64,000 bases of DNA from Takakia lepidozioides (Eukaryota; Plantae; Bryophyta). Below the pieces are notes generated by a model. That model did no database searches and was not told the DNA's origin. It saw nothing but the letters and a program-made list of their open reading frames with translations. The stretch's first letter is position 1. The number at the start of each line of letters is the position of its first letter. Made by a program: the position numbers and the translations under genes. Location: assembly GCA_030704615.1 (NCBI GenBank), contig CM060733.1:30256001-30320000 (forward strand), in the 5' to 3' direction. This document shows positions 23,369 through 36,912 of the stretch, piece by piece.

Positions 23369-26334
23369 GACATCTTGTTTGAGCTCAACCCTCCCACGTC
23401 TTCCAATGGACTGGCTGGGCTTCTGCAGGGCATGGACAAGAAACATGACGGACACCCTTGGTGCAGGACAAAAACGTCAAACATCCACAACGACATTGGA
23501 TTGAAATTTCGAAGGTCGGTTTGCGTTGGGCATTGCAAGTGCCTGAATATAACTTGCCATCGCCTGAGAAACAGCGCTCAACCAAACGAGAGTGAGTGGG
23601 AAGGTATGCCATTGAATCCTTTCACCCCAGGACTTGCCCCTCCCAAGACCAATACTTTTGTGTGCAGGTTCTGCAAACTTTCCCCGTCCTGTGTTTCTGT
23701 GTGCCACGCTCGTATGTACCAGGTGGCACACCGGTGCAAAACAATGACTCGTGCCTGCATTCATATGGGTGCACACGAGCATCCTGTGTCCAAAGGAAGT
23801 TGCAGGGATAGCGTGGACATCGCTAGAAATCTGCTGAAGCAGGAGTTCCACAATGCCCCTTCTGCAACACCTTTTGCTATAGCGCTTGCAGCTAGCAAGG
23901 CTTTCCTGGAAAAACACATATTGGGTGAAGGGGATTCGACACAGCCAATGCTGGATGCAGATTCGCTTGATGCAGTGATGGACCATTTCTCCGTGTTGAG
24001 CTCTCCCAATATTCGAAACCAGGTGAATGCACTCAAAGTCGGCACAGGCAATGCTGGATTCATGGACAACATTATGGACCTCAAACGGAGAAGTCGCTAT
24101 GAATTCATTCAAAACAGTATCTTCCCTGGCCAGGGCTCATCCAAGGTTTATTTGTTCAAGATGTCCGCAGTGGGCGAAGGCAGTGGTATTAGCATTGTCC
24201 GCCGAATGCAACCTGGAGGAGATTTGGCTAAATGTTGGTTGATGTTTGATCACTGCAAACGGGTCAAGGGTTGGACAACCATGGCGTGCCATGTGTATGA
24301 TCCAGCGTACCAACGTGTGCTCTCAATAGCAATTTGTGATATGCAGTCGGAGGACACTGAATCCCAGATGCTCATGTGGAATTCGCTCCTGGCCGTCATG
24401 CAGCGCAACGGAATACAGAAGACAAATTTTGCGGGCTTCATGGCTGATAGTGCACAGGCAAATTTCAATGCAGTGCGGCGCGTGTTTGGTTTGGGGGATC
24501 CTAAGGTCCCAATGGAAAATAGGGAGCGCACATGCCTCTTCCATTGGAGTCAATCTCTGGCACGTCATATAAAGCGGTGCATTCGCCCTGACCTTCAGTT
24601 GGAGCACAGAAGGCTCTGTCTCAAGTACAAAAATGCCAACTCAATGGGAGAAGCTGAGAGCACTTACCAAGCAATCCGGGCTTGGTGGTTCTCCTCTGGT
24701 GCTGCTACTGGTATCCACCTGAAGGAGTTGGAGGACTGGTTGGTTTTCTGGCACTTCAGATACAGACAGTGGGGAGCTTTCATGACGACGGTAAGCCTCT
24801 CGAATCCCAAAATCAGAAATTTTGCAACATGCCTCTTCATTTGGGGTTCTTGGATTGTCGCTTGAAGAACCACTTCCATTTCCTTTCCTTCCTCACATTT
24901 CCATGCAATGCCTCGTGCAGGAAATGTCCTTGGAGGACTTGGCCGACATGCCATCCTGTAATTTGGCGGAGACTGTTCATAACGCCTGGATGCAGCAATC
25001 TACCAAAGCAGGTCGTGACTTGTATGTGGCCACTGCTGATGACATGGTGCGGGCACTCACACAACAAACCAGGTACCGCAATTTTCTGATGGGACGGGGT
25101 GGAGGCAAGGGCCCCGGTTCGACTTTGTTGATGCTAAGGGCTGCGAGTAGGTCTGGAGACCCATCCAAGATGGCCAAAGCTCTGAACAGGTGCACTGAAG
25201 GCTCCCCATTGCAATCCAGGCTCCCTCATTTGGAAGGCGAGGAAAGATTTGGATCATGCAAAAGGAAATTGAACACTCTTCCAGGTTCAGATGGAGATTC
25301 CCATCGCCCAGACAGGGTCAATTTCTCTGTGCCAAAGGTGTCTCCAGTGCAGACTAAGTCCTGTGCCGGCCCCTTCCCAGGTGGGTCCTCCTCCTGTAGA
25401 GCAGGTGCAGAACAGGCAAGCACAGCAGCAGGAATCCCATTGGAGGAGGTGGTGGCCATGGTGCAGGAATCTGATTGCATTGATAGTGAGTGGCATATAG
25501 AACGCACCCCACCAGGATCTAGAGTTGCTTGCATGGCAATTCGGACCCCCTCTTTCAAGAAATGCAAATCAAAAATATGCAAAGGCTCCAGGGGGGCTCC
25601 AGCTCCAACATTCACAGGGTTGTTCCGACCTTATCATAGTGGGGAGTCAAAGGACCACAAGTTCTGGTTCTGCCCAGACGATATGGCACGATGCGTCAAG
25701 GGAACAGTTCGTCCTTCGGTGATAATGAAACCCCCTCCCCCCGCAATTTGGCCTGTGAAACTTGGGACGTCGCTGTCAACAACCGAGATAAGCATGCTGG
25801 AGGAGGGAGGGTTTTGTCTTGCACGATCCCGAGTGGTGCCCTTGTGCACTGTCGGCACAGATGTGCCACAAGCTCCGGCAATGCCTCCACCCGGTGCCGA
25901 CTCCCACCCAACAAAAAGAGATGGAAAAACAGTGCGCCGTGTCGCTTCGGGTGCAGATCACGAATGCAAGATGGAATCGGCTAGAATTTTGCAGGCTCGG
26001 GTGGCTCGTATCACCGAAGTCCCTGCCCCGGGGTATGGACGGATTTACACAGTGCTGTCTATTGGCTCAGTTCTTCATGGCAAAGAATATCAGGTTACCG
26101 TGGGGAATTTCCCTACTTGCACTTGTCCGGATTTTGTAACGATGCGTGAGGGCGCTCTCGGCATGAGAGGGAAGTGGGTCCCCTGCAAGCATCAATATTA
26201 CATATACCTTTGTAATTATGTGTTGCGACGGTAAGAGAGACCAATTCATTCACCAAGCCACACTAGGCTACGGAGAAGTCATCACCCTTCTGCAGCGGGA
26301 CACCTCACGTAGGGCTCAGCCAAATTCTCTTTGA
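23369..26334 (+). pseudogene. MULE-1 transposase, C-terminal part (GCM/WRKY-like Zn domain, DDE core, SWIM)
   Basis: RRSVCVGHCKC...GAHEHP; WLMFD, FMAD, CLFH (CxxH), NLAETVHN; SWIM CTCPDF...CKH. Phase-0 intron 24791-24920; frameshift near 26206. Confidence 0.85.
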
Positions 26335-26665
26335 ACACATACGAGCCATGCCCACTTCCCATACTGGTTTCAAGGTTACCGTGTGAAGACTTTGCATTTA
26401 GGACAAACACATACATTTCGTTCACGGAACCAGGGCAAATGCACATGCCATTCATTGTAAGCGTCTATCTGTGAATTGAAATAGAGTGTGTCAATCATTC
26501 TGAGTTCTATTCTGCCATATTTTCATATTACTCTTTTTGTGCAGGCATTGTAGACATGGTGCATGGTGGCCCCCTTTGTTTTGTCCACGGTAATAGGCCC
26601 TCTTCTTGCAATCCTCGCCTATAGGACTCCAGCAAATTTGTGCCGCTCACGCTTTGCAGCTACAA

Positions 26666-26711
26666 CGTGAGCTCAGCTCCCAGGCTCACGGGGCTGGGCT
26701 CACGCCGTAGC
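26666..26711 (-). repeat. Right TIR of MULE-1
   Basis: GCTCAC motifs ending in TAGC, inverted relative to 2903-2938. Confidence 0.75.
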
Positions 26712-27011
26712 TACGCTGGCTTTAGGGGGGGTAGACAGTTAGTCACAGCCCGTCACAGTCTATCACAGCTTTGCACAGCCAGTCACAGCCCGACACAGCT
26801 TTACACAGTCAGTCACAGCTCAGCACAGTCACAGCTCGGCACAGCTTGACACAGCCTGTCACAGCGTACATGGGGAACCGTTATCATTGACAGGGAACGA
26901 CTGTATGGGAACGACATCTGCAGAGGGAACGTGTTACTTCAGGGGTGACGGTTAGTTAGTTAGGTGGTTAGAACAACTTGCGGGTAGATTAGGCAGGGCG
27001 GCAAGAGGTTA
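26712..27011 (+). repeat. Continuation of the Gypsy copy A LTR (CACAG-rich microrepeats), truncated
   Basis: Homologous to about 33575-33900 of the intact LTR. Confidence 0.75.
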
Positions 27012-27246
27012 GCTATTTCATGAGCATGAGCGGCATGAGCGGCATGAGCGGAGTAGTAAGACAATCGGTTTTCATGAGCAGAAGTACAAATTTCGAAAAT
27101 AAAAAACAATAAAAAATATTAAAAACATTAATTTAATGCAATGTGTCAGGAAAAACAAATATATTATTCGGCCCCTTGAAGGGAAAATTGTAGTTTTGAC
27201 AGTTGTGCTCATGATATTTCGTCTTCCGCTCATGCCAATTCCCAGC
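27012..27246. mobile_element. MITE-like derivative sharing the MULE-2 terminus
   Basis: Starts GCTATTTCATGAGC with CATGAGC repeats like 48084; AT-rich core; inverted GCTCATG motifs at 27207-27234. Confidence 0.6.
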
Positions 27247-27249
27247 GAC

Positions 27250-28720
27250 AAACCTCTGATAAGCGGAAGAATAGCAAGATGGTTGATAATCTTGCACGAG
27301 TTTGAGTTCGAGGTTGTTTACAAGCCTGGGAGACTGCATCTTGTGGCGGATCACTTGTCACGGTTATCAACAGGAGAACCAGCCACAGGAATAGATGATC
27401 AATTACCAGATGCGAGTCTATTTGCAGTGGAGGTGCAGGGAAGTGCAGATGACTGGTTAGATTGGCAGTGGCCAATCAGATACTACCTTGCTCATGGTCA
27501 GTGCCCACCTAGTTATGGTAAGGAGCAGAGGAAGAGAATCGCTATCAAAGCTTTACCTTATACTATGGTAGGAAGCAGAATGTATAAGCTAGGACCTGAT
27601 GGAGTACTAAAACGATGCTTGTACCATCATGAAGTAAATAAAGTTTTGGAGGAAGTTCATAAAGGAGTGGCTGGAGGTCATTTTGGAGAAGAGACTACCA
27701 GTAGGAAGATACTACTCGCAGGTTACTGGTGGCCTACTTTGTTCAAAGATGTACACGAGTATTGTCAGAGTTGTGATGAATGTCAGAGGCTAGGACCTTT
27801 GCAGAGATCTGGAAGGATGGCCTTGCATCCTACAATGCCTACGGAACCATTTCAGAAATGGGGACTAGACTTTGTTGGACCAATTAACCCACCAGCCAAG
27901 AATACACGGAACAGGTACATAATTACAGCCACTGATTATACTACGAAGTGGGTGGAAGCTAAAGCTTTGAGGGACAACACAGCCAAGTCCACAGCAAGGT
28001 TCCTGTATGAGAACATACTTACACGATTTGGCTGTCCCTTAGAATTTATCAGTGATCAGGGAAGTCACTTCATGAATGAGATCATTGAGTTGTTGACTAA
28101 AGAGTTCATGATTATGCATAGAAAGAGTACAACATATTACCCACAGGGTAATGGGCAGGCAGAGGCTACCAACAAAATACTATGTACTATCTTGGCTAAG
28201 ATAGTCAATGCAAACAGAACGGATTGGGATACAAAGCTGCTGACAGCTTTGTGGTCATACATGACTTCATATAAAGTCACCACTAAGTATACACCATTCC
28301 AATTAGTTTATGGTATGGAAGCCTTACTTCCAGTGGAATTCCTGTTACCTACCATGAGAACGGAGTGGGGAAAGAGAATGGAATTGCAAGATTCCATTAA
28401 GGTCAGGAAACATGAATTATACCATGTGGAAGAAGTACGTGCTGATGCAGCTGATAATATGACTAGAATTCAGATGAAGAGAAATGAATAGTTTGATGAA
28501 GGCAAGTTAAAGACTTTTAAGACGGGGGATTTGGTTCTATGGTTGCAGAAGAAAGGAAAGATTAAAGCTTCTAAGCTTAAATCACCATGGAAAGGACCTT
28601 ATGTCATACAAAAGATGTATGACAACAACACCGCCATGTTACAAACCATTAACAAAGAAATGCTGGGAAGAGTCAATGCCAATAAGTTAAAGGGATATAG
28701 TGGTATCCATGACAAACCCT
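27250..28720 (+). pseudogene. RNase H end and integrase of non-chromovirus (Athila/Tat-like) Gypsy copy B, 5'-truncated
   Basis: GRIARW, VADHLSR, GGHF...CDECQR, WGLDFVGP, SDQGSHF, GQAEATNK, WKGPY; premature stop at 28489. Confidence 0.9.
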
Positions 28721-28841
28721 TGCAGCATGATTTGCATGTTGAAACGCAAGAGCAGTCACGGGCTGCACCAGTGTTACCAACGGAGTATGGAGCACTTGTC
28801 GCTAGGCCAAGCATATATGACCAGGGCGGGCGGAAAAGTCG

Positions 28842-29160
28842 AAACACAGCCTATCACAGCCCATCAAGGCGAAACACAGCCTATCACAGCCCATCAAGGC
28901 GAAACACAGCCTATCATAGCCCATCAAGGCGAAACACAGCCTATCACAGCCCATCAAGGCGAAGCACAACCTATCACAGCCCATCAAGGCGAAACACAGC
29001 CTATCACAGCCCATCACAACGTGACACAGCCTATCACAGCCCAGCACGGCGCAACACAGCCTATCACAACCTACCACCGCGTGTCACAGCCTATCACAGC
29101 TTACCACAGTGCATCACAGCCTATCACAGCGTACCACAGTATGACACAGCCTGTCACAGC
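28842..29160. repeat. 30-bp minisatellite (GCGAAACACAGCCTATCACAGCCCATCAAG), ~10 copies, decaying 3'
   Basis: Direct inspection; translates as RRNTAYHSPS repeats. Confidence 0.9.
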
Positions 29161-29881
29161 TCAACACAGCCTACTAGGGTTATACGATCCATAGAATCAG
29201 TGACAGGTGGACACACAATAACTTCAGGAAAATGACTGACAGAAGAAAAGACGGAAACCAGTTTAAAAATAGACACGTGGAAGTCAGGGCGCGACACATA
29301 GCTGAGAAGGAAGTGCAAACAGGTGTCATCAAGAAAGAGGACAAGAATGGCCGTCAAAATACCTAATCAGCGCGTCAAATTGGATGAAAGGCGGGCCCAT
29401 TAATGAATACGGAAAAAGGGGAACGGAACAAACGGCAAGTACAGAAAAGCGAAATTCTTGTCACATGTGTGATCCTAGTGGACTATCCAGCAGGGAAAGT
29501 CCACTAAAGAAAATGAAATCTAAAATCCAGTCACAGCGGTTACAGCCAATAGAAAGCCAGAGAAAGGATCAAGAAATTGGAGGGAAATTAAGCGCAAGAG
29601 GCGGCGTCGTTCTGAGTAACGGGCGTCTCGACGGGACAAACCATCAATGCTATAGCTTTGAAGCTATGGAGGAACTAACAGACTATACGCTCGCAATATT
29701 ACTTACGCAGTGGCATAGACACGAAAGAACAGAGCGGAGTTTTTCTCTTGATCGATGCTTGCAAGCCCCGCAGGCTTACAAGAAATTACCCATAGCTTTT
29801 TGTGGCAACCATACGTTTATGCTTTGTGCACTACAGGCATTTCTGCAGTTGTTACAGCCAAAACATTTCTGTGGGTCTAAA

Positions 29882-32800
29882 ATGAAGAGAGTGAGAGGAA
29901 TGGAGGAAATCAGGGTGAAGAGCACCACAATTCTGCAGAAACAAACGATTGCTACCCCACAGGCAATACAGATACTGAAGAAGTTGAGATTGCAAGGATT
30001 GCAAATCATAGATTGGACATTGCACCATAGACAGTACATGTTACAATTCTTGCAGAACTTTGAGCCAAGGACAAGAACAACAACGGTGAAGGGAGTTGAA
30101 TTAATAATTACTCCCCTATACCTCCAGCAATTGTTTCGATTGCCAGCAGGTCAGGTGCATGTGGAGGAGCACAGGGCAAGACTGCAAATAGGGGACTTAT
30201 TCCAAGAAGGGAGTTTCTTTAAAACTCAGGGTTATGCTTGTACAAAGGCTGTGTACCCAGGGCTAAAGGAGGTAGGCCAGGTATTGAACGTTCTGATTGC
30301 CATGAAACAGAACCAACAGTATTTGAGCAGATCCTTCACGGAGGAAATACTCAAAGCCCTGAAAGGACAAGAGGTAGAATGGGCGGACATAATGTACAAC
30401 GCACTGGTAGAGGAGATGAAAAGATTACAAGGTACTACCTCAAAGTCTCCTATCATAGTGTCTGGCCCAATCATTGCTCAAATAATTCTTGATTCTGGCA
30501 TACTTGATGCGCAAGAAAGAAATGAGATGGGAGTGTTTGAGCCAGAAACCACTGCAATGGAAGAGCAAGGCTCTTCACACAGTGAGGGTGGACTAGCAGG
30601 GCAACCCGAGACTAAGAGGCAGAGACGGGGAAAGACTGTAGTGGCAGATCCACTGGCTTCACGGATTCCGCATGATAATGTTTCCCAAGCTCATGTGCAG
30701 GAAGGGGCACAGCAGCACAGAGAACTGCTATTACTGGAAGCAGGACCTTCAGAGAGGGAGGAGGAAGTTACTTCAGTATCACAACCATCACAGCCAGCTG
30801 ATCGGCTTGTCACAAGGTTACAAGTTGTCCATGCAGCTCAACCAGAAATAATTGATCTGGAAAAAGAAGGGTTAGATATTCCAACTACAGAACAGATAGT
30901 GGCAGAAATTGAGAAGGGGGACCTTCTCTATGAATATTTTGGTCTGGTCAAGGAGACAGGGATTCCAGAGGTGCAACAGTTGCCCAAGGGAAATCTTGAG
31001 GTGCATATAATACACACACCTGTGTCGGAGGTACCACAGGTAGAATGTCAAGACACTGCAGCACCGGTGATGGATGAAGTGGTTCAGGAAGAAAATCCGG
31101 TGGGACAATGACCTGAGTGGTTCGTGAGACATCACACGGTTGAGGATCAGGAGGAACAACAGCAACCTCACCATGATGACCCTCAACAGGCAATGCTGAT
31201 GAGTTCCATAGGCAGGACACTTAATTTGTTGGGGACTTATGTCAAATCCCATGTTCCAACTACCCAATTGACAGCCTTGAGAGAGGAACTCAGGAAGGAG
31301 TTTGAGGCTCGACTAGCCACTGAGTGTGCAAACAAGGTCGATGAAGAGGTCACTCTCAAGATGCAGCAGGACTTGGAAAATACAGAAGCGGCTTTGCAAT
31401 TGGCCAAGGAACAATTGATTGAGGCAGGCCTCGCGCAAGACCAGTTGCACAAAGCACATAAGCAACAGCTATACCAAATGCAGGTGCAACATGAAAGCAA
31501 GTTGCAAGAAGTGAATGCACTACATACGGAGTTGCAGACAGTGCATGACAGGATGGCGATACAATGTGCTACATTCACAACTATGCTTGACCAATCTACA
31601 AAAGAAATAAACAGTCAAGCGGAAAAATGTACGAAGGCAGAAGAAGAGAATGTTGAGCAAATGAAACTCATTGTCGATATGAAGAATACAATCTGTCGCA
31701 ATGAGGATACTTTCAAGCAATACAGGCAGGTTGAAGCTGATCAAGAGAAGTACATCCTGGAGTTGCAACAAACGCTCGTGGCCAATAGAAATGAAATCTC
31801 GGTCACTAACAAGGCTTGGAAGGAAGCCAATAATCTACTTGCTGCCTATGCGAATTTGGTTGAACCTCATGCGAAGCGCATGGAGGCTTTACAACAGCAG
31901 TTAGAAGTGTACAAACTCAGAGAGGAGCACACTCTCAGAGGAACCACAAGCAACTTGGTGGATAACAGCCTTATGCAGGTATCGTTAGCACAAGGGCCAG
32001 TGGAGGGCAAAGCACCACGAAAGCTCACCCAAAGCGAGATGAATGAGCTCAGACTGCATGCAAGTGCAGAACATTGCCACAACTACTATAGACAATGTCT
32101 ATAGTAGGATAGCAGAGTTACAAGAGGATGTAGACGGACTGCAGACTCAAGTGGAGGACCTCACTTCAAATATCGACAAAAAGTTTATATCCCTCAGGAA
32201 CAGCTAATGGCTTCTTATTTACAAGCCAGAACTTTGGCTTTTCAGTCTTCACAGGAGGTGCAGGAGATGCCAATGATACAAGAGCCAGTACCACCAACAC
32301 CACAACAAGTCACTGTACCAGTAGCTGAACCTGTTGTTACTACAACCACACCACAGCCACCACAACCTGAGGTATGGGGCAATGCTGCTTTTAACCCACC
32401 TAAAACTCCAGCTGCAAGGGAGTACAATAGGGCTATGATTATGCCCTTCAACCAAATTCCCATCATGTTGGATTTGGCTTGGAAAGAATTTAGTCCTCCG
32501 CAGTCATTCGCACATTACTACCAAATCATGCGTATTTGGCTGCCAGTGGCAACTAGGACTAAAGTTCTTCCGAACAATCGACATATTGAGGATCATCACT
32601 TTGCACAATACTGGCATGAGGCAAGTACAATGTTGAAGGAATTAATTGCTTTCCAAGTTGTACATGGATTCATTTATACCAAGACCAAGAAGGTAGCAAG
32701 TATTGTCATGGGATGCGGACTATACTACGCTGCTTGTTTTCTGGTACGTTATCACATTGAGCAGCACAAAATGCAATCGCGCTTTCTGAGTTATTCCAGT

Positions 32801-33436
32801 GGGGATCATTGGGTCTTACCTTCAGTGCCACCTCATATGTACCTATATGAGGCAAAAGTTATGATGCAAAAGGATTCTCAAATTCGTTCATGGTTTCAAG
32901 CGGCCTGGAACAATTTGTCAACACAGAAATTCGGCATTGATGATATTTTCTATAAGGGACATGTGGCATGGAAATACTTGCACGGTGCACAAGTAATTGG
33001 TACCCCACTCACCTGGACTGACAAGGAGCTCAGTGTCTTCACCAATTTTGTTGTTCAGTGTTTACAGCAAGTTGTAAAACATAAACTTCCAGACATGGTA
33101 GGACAACATTGTATGCCCCAGAGGATTCCACAAAAAGTTCGACAATTAAAACACCTGAGAGGCGATGAGGATTCTGATACAACTGTTTCTTTAGCGGATT
33201 CTTTTAACATGGGAGAAGACTATGCAATTCAGATGGCAGAGAAGAAGCGACGGGGGTCTCCTATGCCTGAAAGGTTACCTCGATATCAGCCTCCAGAGGG
33301 CCTCACTTATCCTGGTAGTGTTCAAACATCTCCGTCAACCAGTGACAGACCTCGGGCTCGTACACACAGTCCGCCACGAAACTCTCAACGTCAGAAAGGT
33401 GCTCACTCACAAAGGTTTGCTAATCGCAATCAGTAA
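29882..33436 (+). pseudogene. Long extra ORF downstream of pol (copy B)
   Basis: ORF pieces join across a TGA at 31109 (Trp in copy A) and frameshifts near 32060 and 32180; central coiled coil. Confidence 0.8.
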
Positions 33437-33474
33437 ACCGTGAGGACACGACTTTTTGAGAGGGGAAGGGGTAA

Positions 33475-34265
33475 TGTTAGAGGACTGTCTGGGACTTAGA
33501 CACTTATACGGGATCTGTAGGGTACCCTTAATTTTTGCACAGACTGAGACCAACAGGAACCTGAGGGGTGATAGCAGCGCACTGTAGAGGGGGGTTACAC
33601 AGTCCGTCACAGTCCGTCACAGCCCACACAGCCACATAGCCAGTCACAGCCGACACAGCCAGACACAGTCAGCACAGCTCGTCACAGCCTGACATAGCCA
33701 AACACAGTCGCACAGCCAGTCACAGCCCGTCACAGTTTCACACAGCCAGTCACAACTTGACACAACTGTCACGACCATAGGGAACGGAGAGTAGGACAGG
33801 GAACGACTGTGGGGAACAACACCTGCAAATGGAACATGTTAGTTCACGGACGACGGTTAGTGAGGGAAACGGTTAGAACCACGGGTAGGAAGATAAAGGG
33901 AGAAGCAAGGACTGAGGAGGATATGGATTCTTGGAAGCACTTCACGGGGAGGACTTCTTGGTCATGCATGAGAGGGGATCGGGCGGAGAGCAAGAACGGA
34001 AGCAAAGATGGAGAGCACGGTGAAGGAGGAAAGATGATTAGTAGATGCTTGTTATATGCAAAGCTGTAGTGATATTGTAGAGCAGATTAGAGACACAATG
34101 GCTTCGGCCTGATACCTGATAAATCATAATCTGATACTTATACGATACAATCACACTGTGTAGAGAGATCAGAGTGAAGCTGTGGAATGAATGGATGAGT
34201 TGATGGAATCTGATAGATTGATGAAGCAAACTGATACTTAATTATCAATGGTAAGGTAGCTAACA
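33475..34265 (+). repeat. 3' LTR of Gypsy copy B (791 bp)
   Basis: PPT GAGAGGGGAAGGGG, then TGTTAG...CTAACA. Confidence 0.85.
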
Positions 34266-34731
34266 TGAATGCGGAAAGGGAAACAAATAGGAAACACCCC
34301 CATGATACACTAGCTATAGGTCATGACTGATTGTTCTGCGTGGGCTGAGTACTTAGAGATTTCCAACTCTTCTATCTTGGAGTTTCCGCCTCGGATAGCG
34401 AAGGGATGGGTGAGTAAAAGCCGCGCGACACATGTGTTACACAGGCATGGACGATCCCCTGTACGAGGCTCTTCTCCACAAGTGTAGACATCAAGCTCAC
34501 TTACCTGGCATCCCTCCCAAGCTCATGCGACGGGGGCTGCTATTTCATGGTCTAGATAGGTAGATTTCCCCTTTCTGCAGCTATCCCCTCAAAAACTGTG
34601 TCAAACAGAGTTCATTTGCCAAAGATATGACCAATTAGGCTCTAAATCCTTTAACTTAGATCAAAAGGGTTTTTTCTTTTTTCTTTTTTCTTTTTCTTTT
34701 TCTTTTTCTTTTCAAATTTAAAAATTCAAAG

Positions 34732-36339
<1,608 letters not shown>

Positions 36340-36563
36340 GCTTGCTGGATTGCACCGACTCCCTCTTTGTCTATCCTCTTTGTTTATTGCTGCAACTTGA
36401 CCCCATTCTCAGATATAGCCACATGTTGACAAAAATTGCAGCAACATCTCAAGCCTCCCGTTCTGCTCCCCGTGACCAAGCTATATTATAATAGTGCTTA
36501 AAAAACAAAAACATCATATCTAGCTTAGCACTGGAAAACTAGATAGAGCTCATCTTTCTCGAG

Positions 36564-36912
36564 TGATAGAAAACCAACGAACACACTGGTTACACAAAAC
36601 ATGAAAACCAAACCATCACTCTTTAAAACAGTAGTCGAGCCAGGGGCACCCCAAGCTATGGGGACTCCACCCCACAACAACCTACACTCCCATCGTGAGT
36701 ACACTCAGACCTAAACGCATGCAGGAGTTCGGTCGCGCAGGCTCAACTCGAGAAAGATGAGCCGCGCGACTGCCGCTCTCGTGAAGATAAGACGGACCAG
36801 GTGTCAAACTAAACTTGACACCTGATTTAACACTTGACCTAAATCCAAGTGTTGAATACAAATAACTAGTTTTATTCTAGCTGTTTTCACACTGTGCTTA
36901 TTTAACTTGACA
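36564..36912 (-). repeat. Duplicate of terminal repeat X
   Basis: Copy of 23020-23368. Confidence 0.9.

Noticed and set aside
28531-29235. 234-aa repeat protein
   Set aside because: Integrase tail reading through a minisatellite that is open in several frames
34499-34510. U1 snRNA 5' end (ACTTACCTGGCA)
   Set aside because: Only 12 nt; the downstream sequence is not U1-like, and it equals a reverse-strand splice donor
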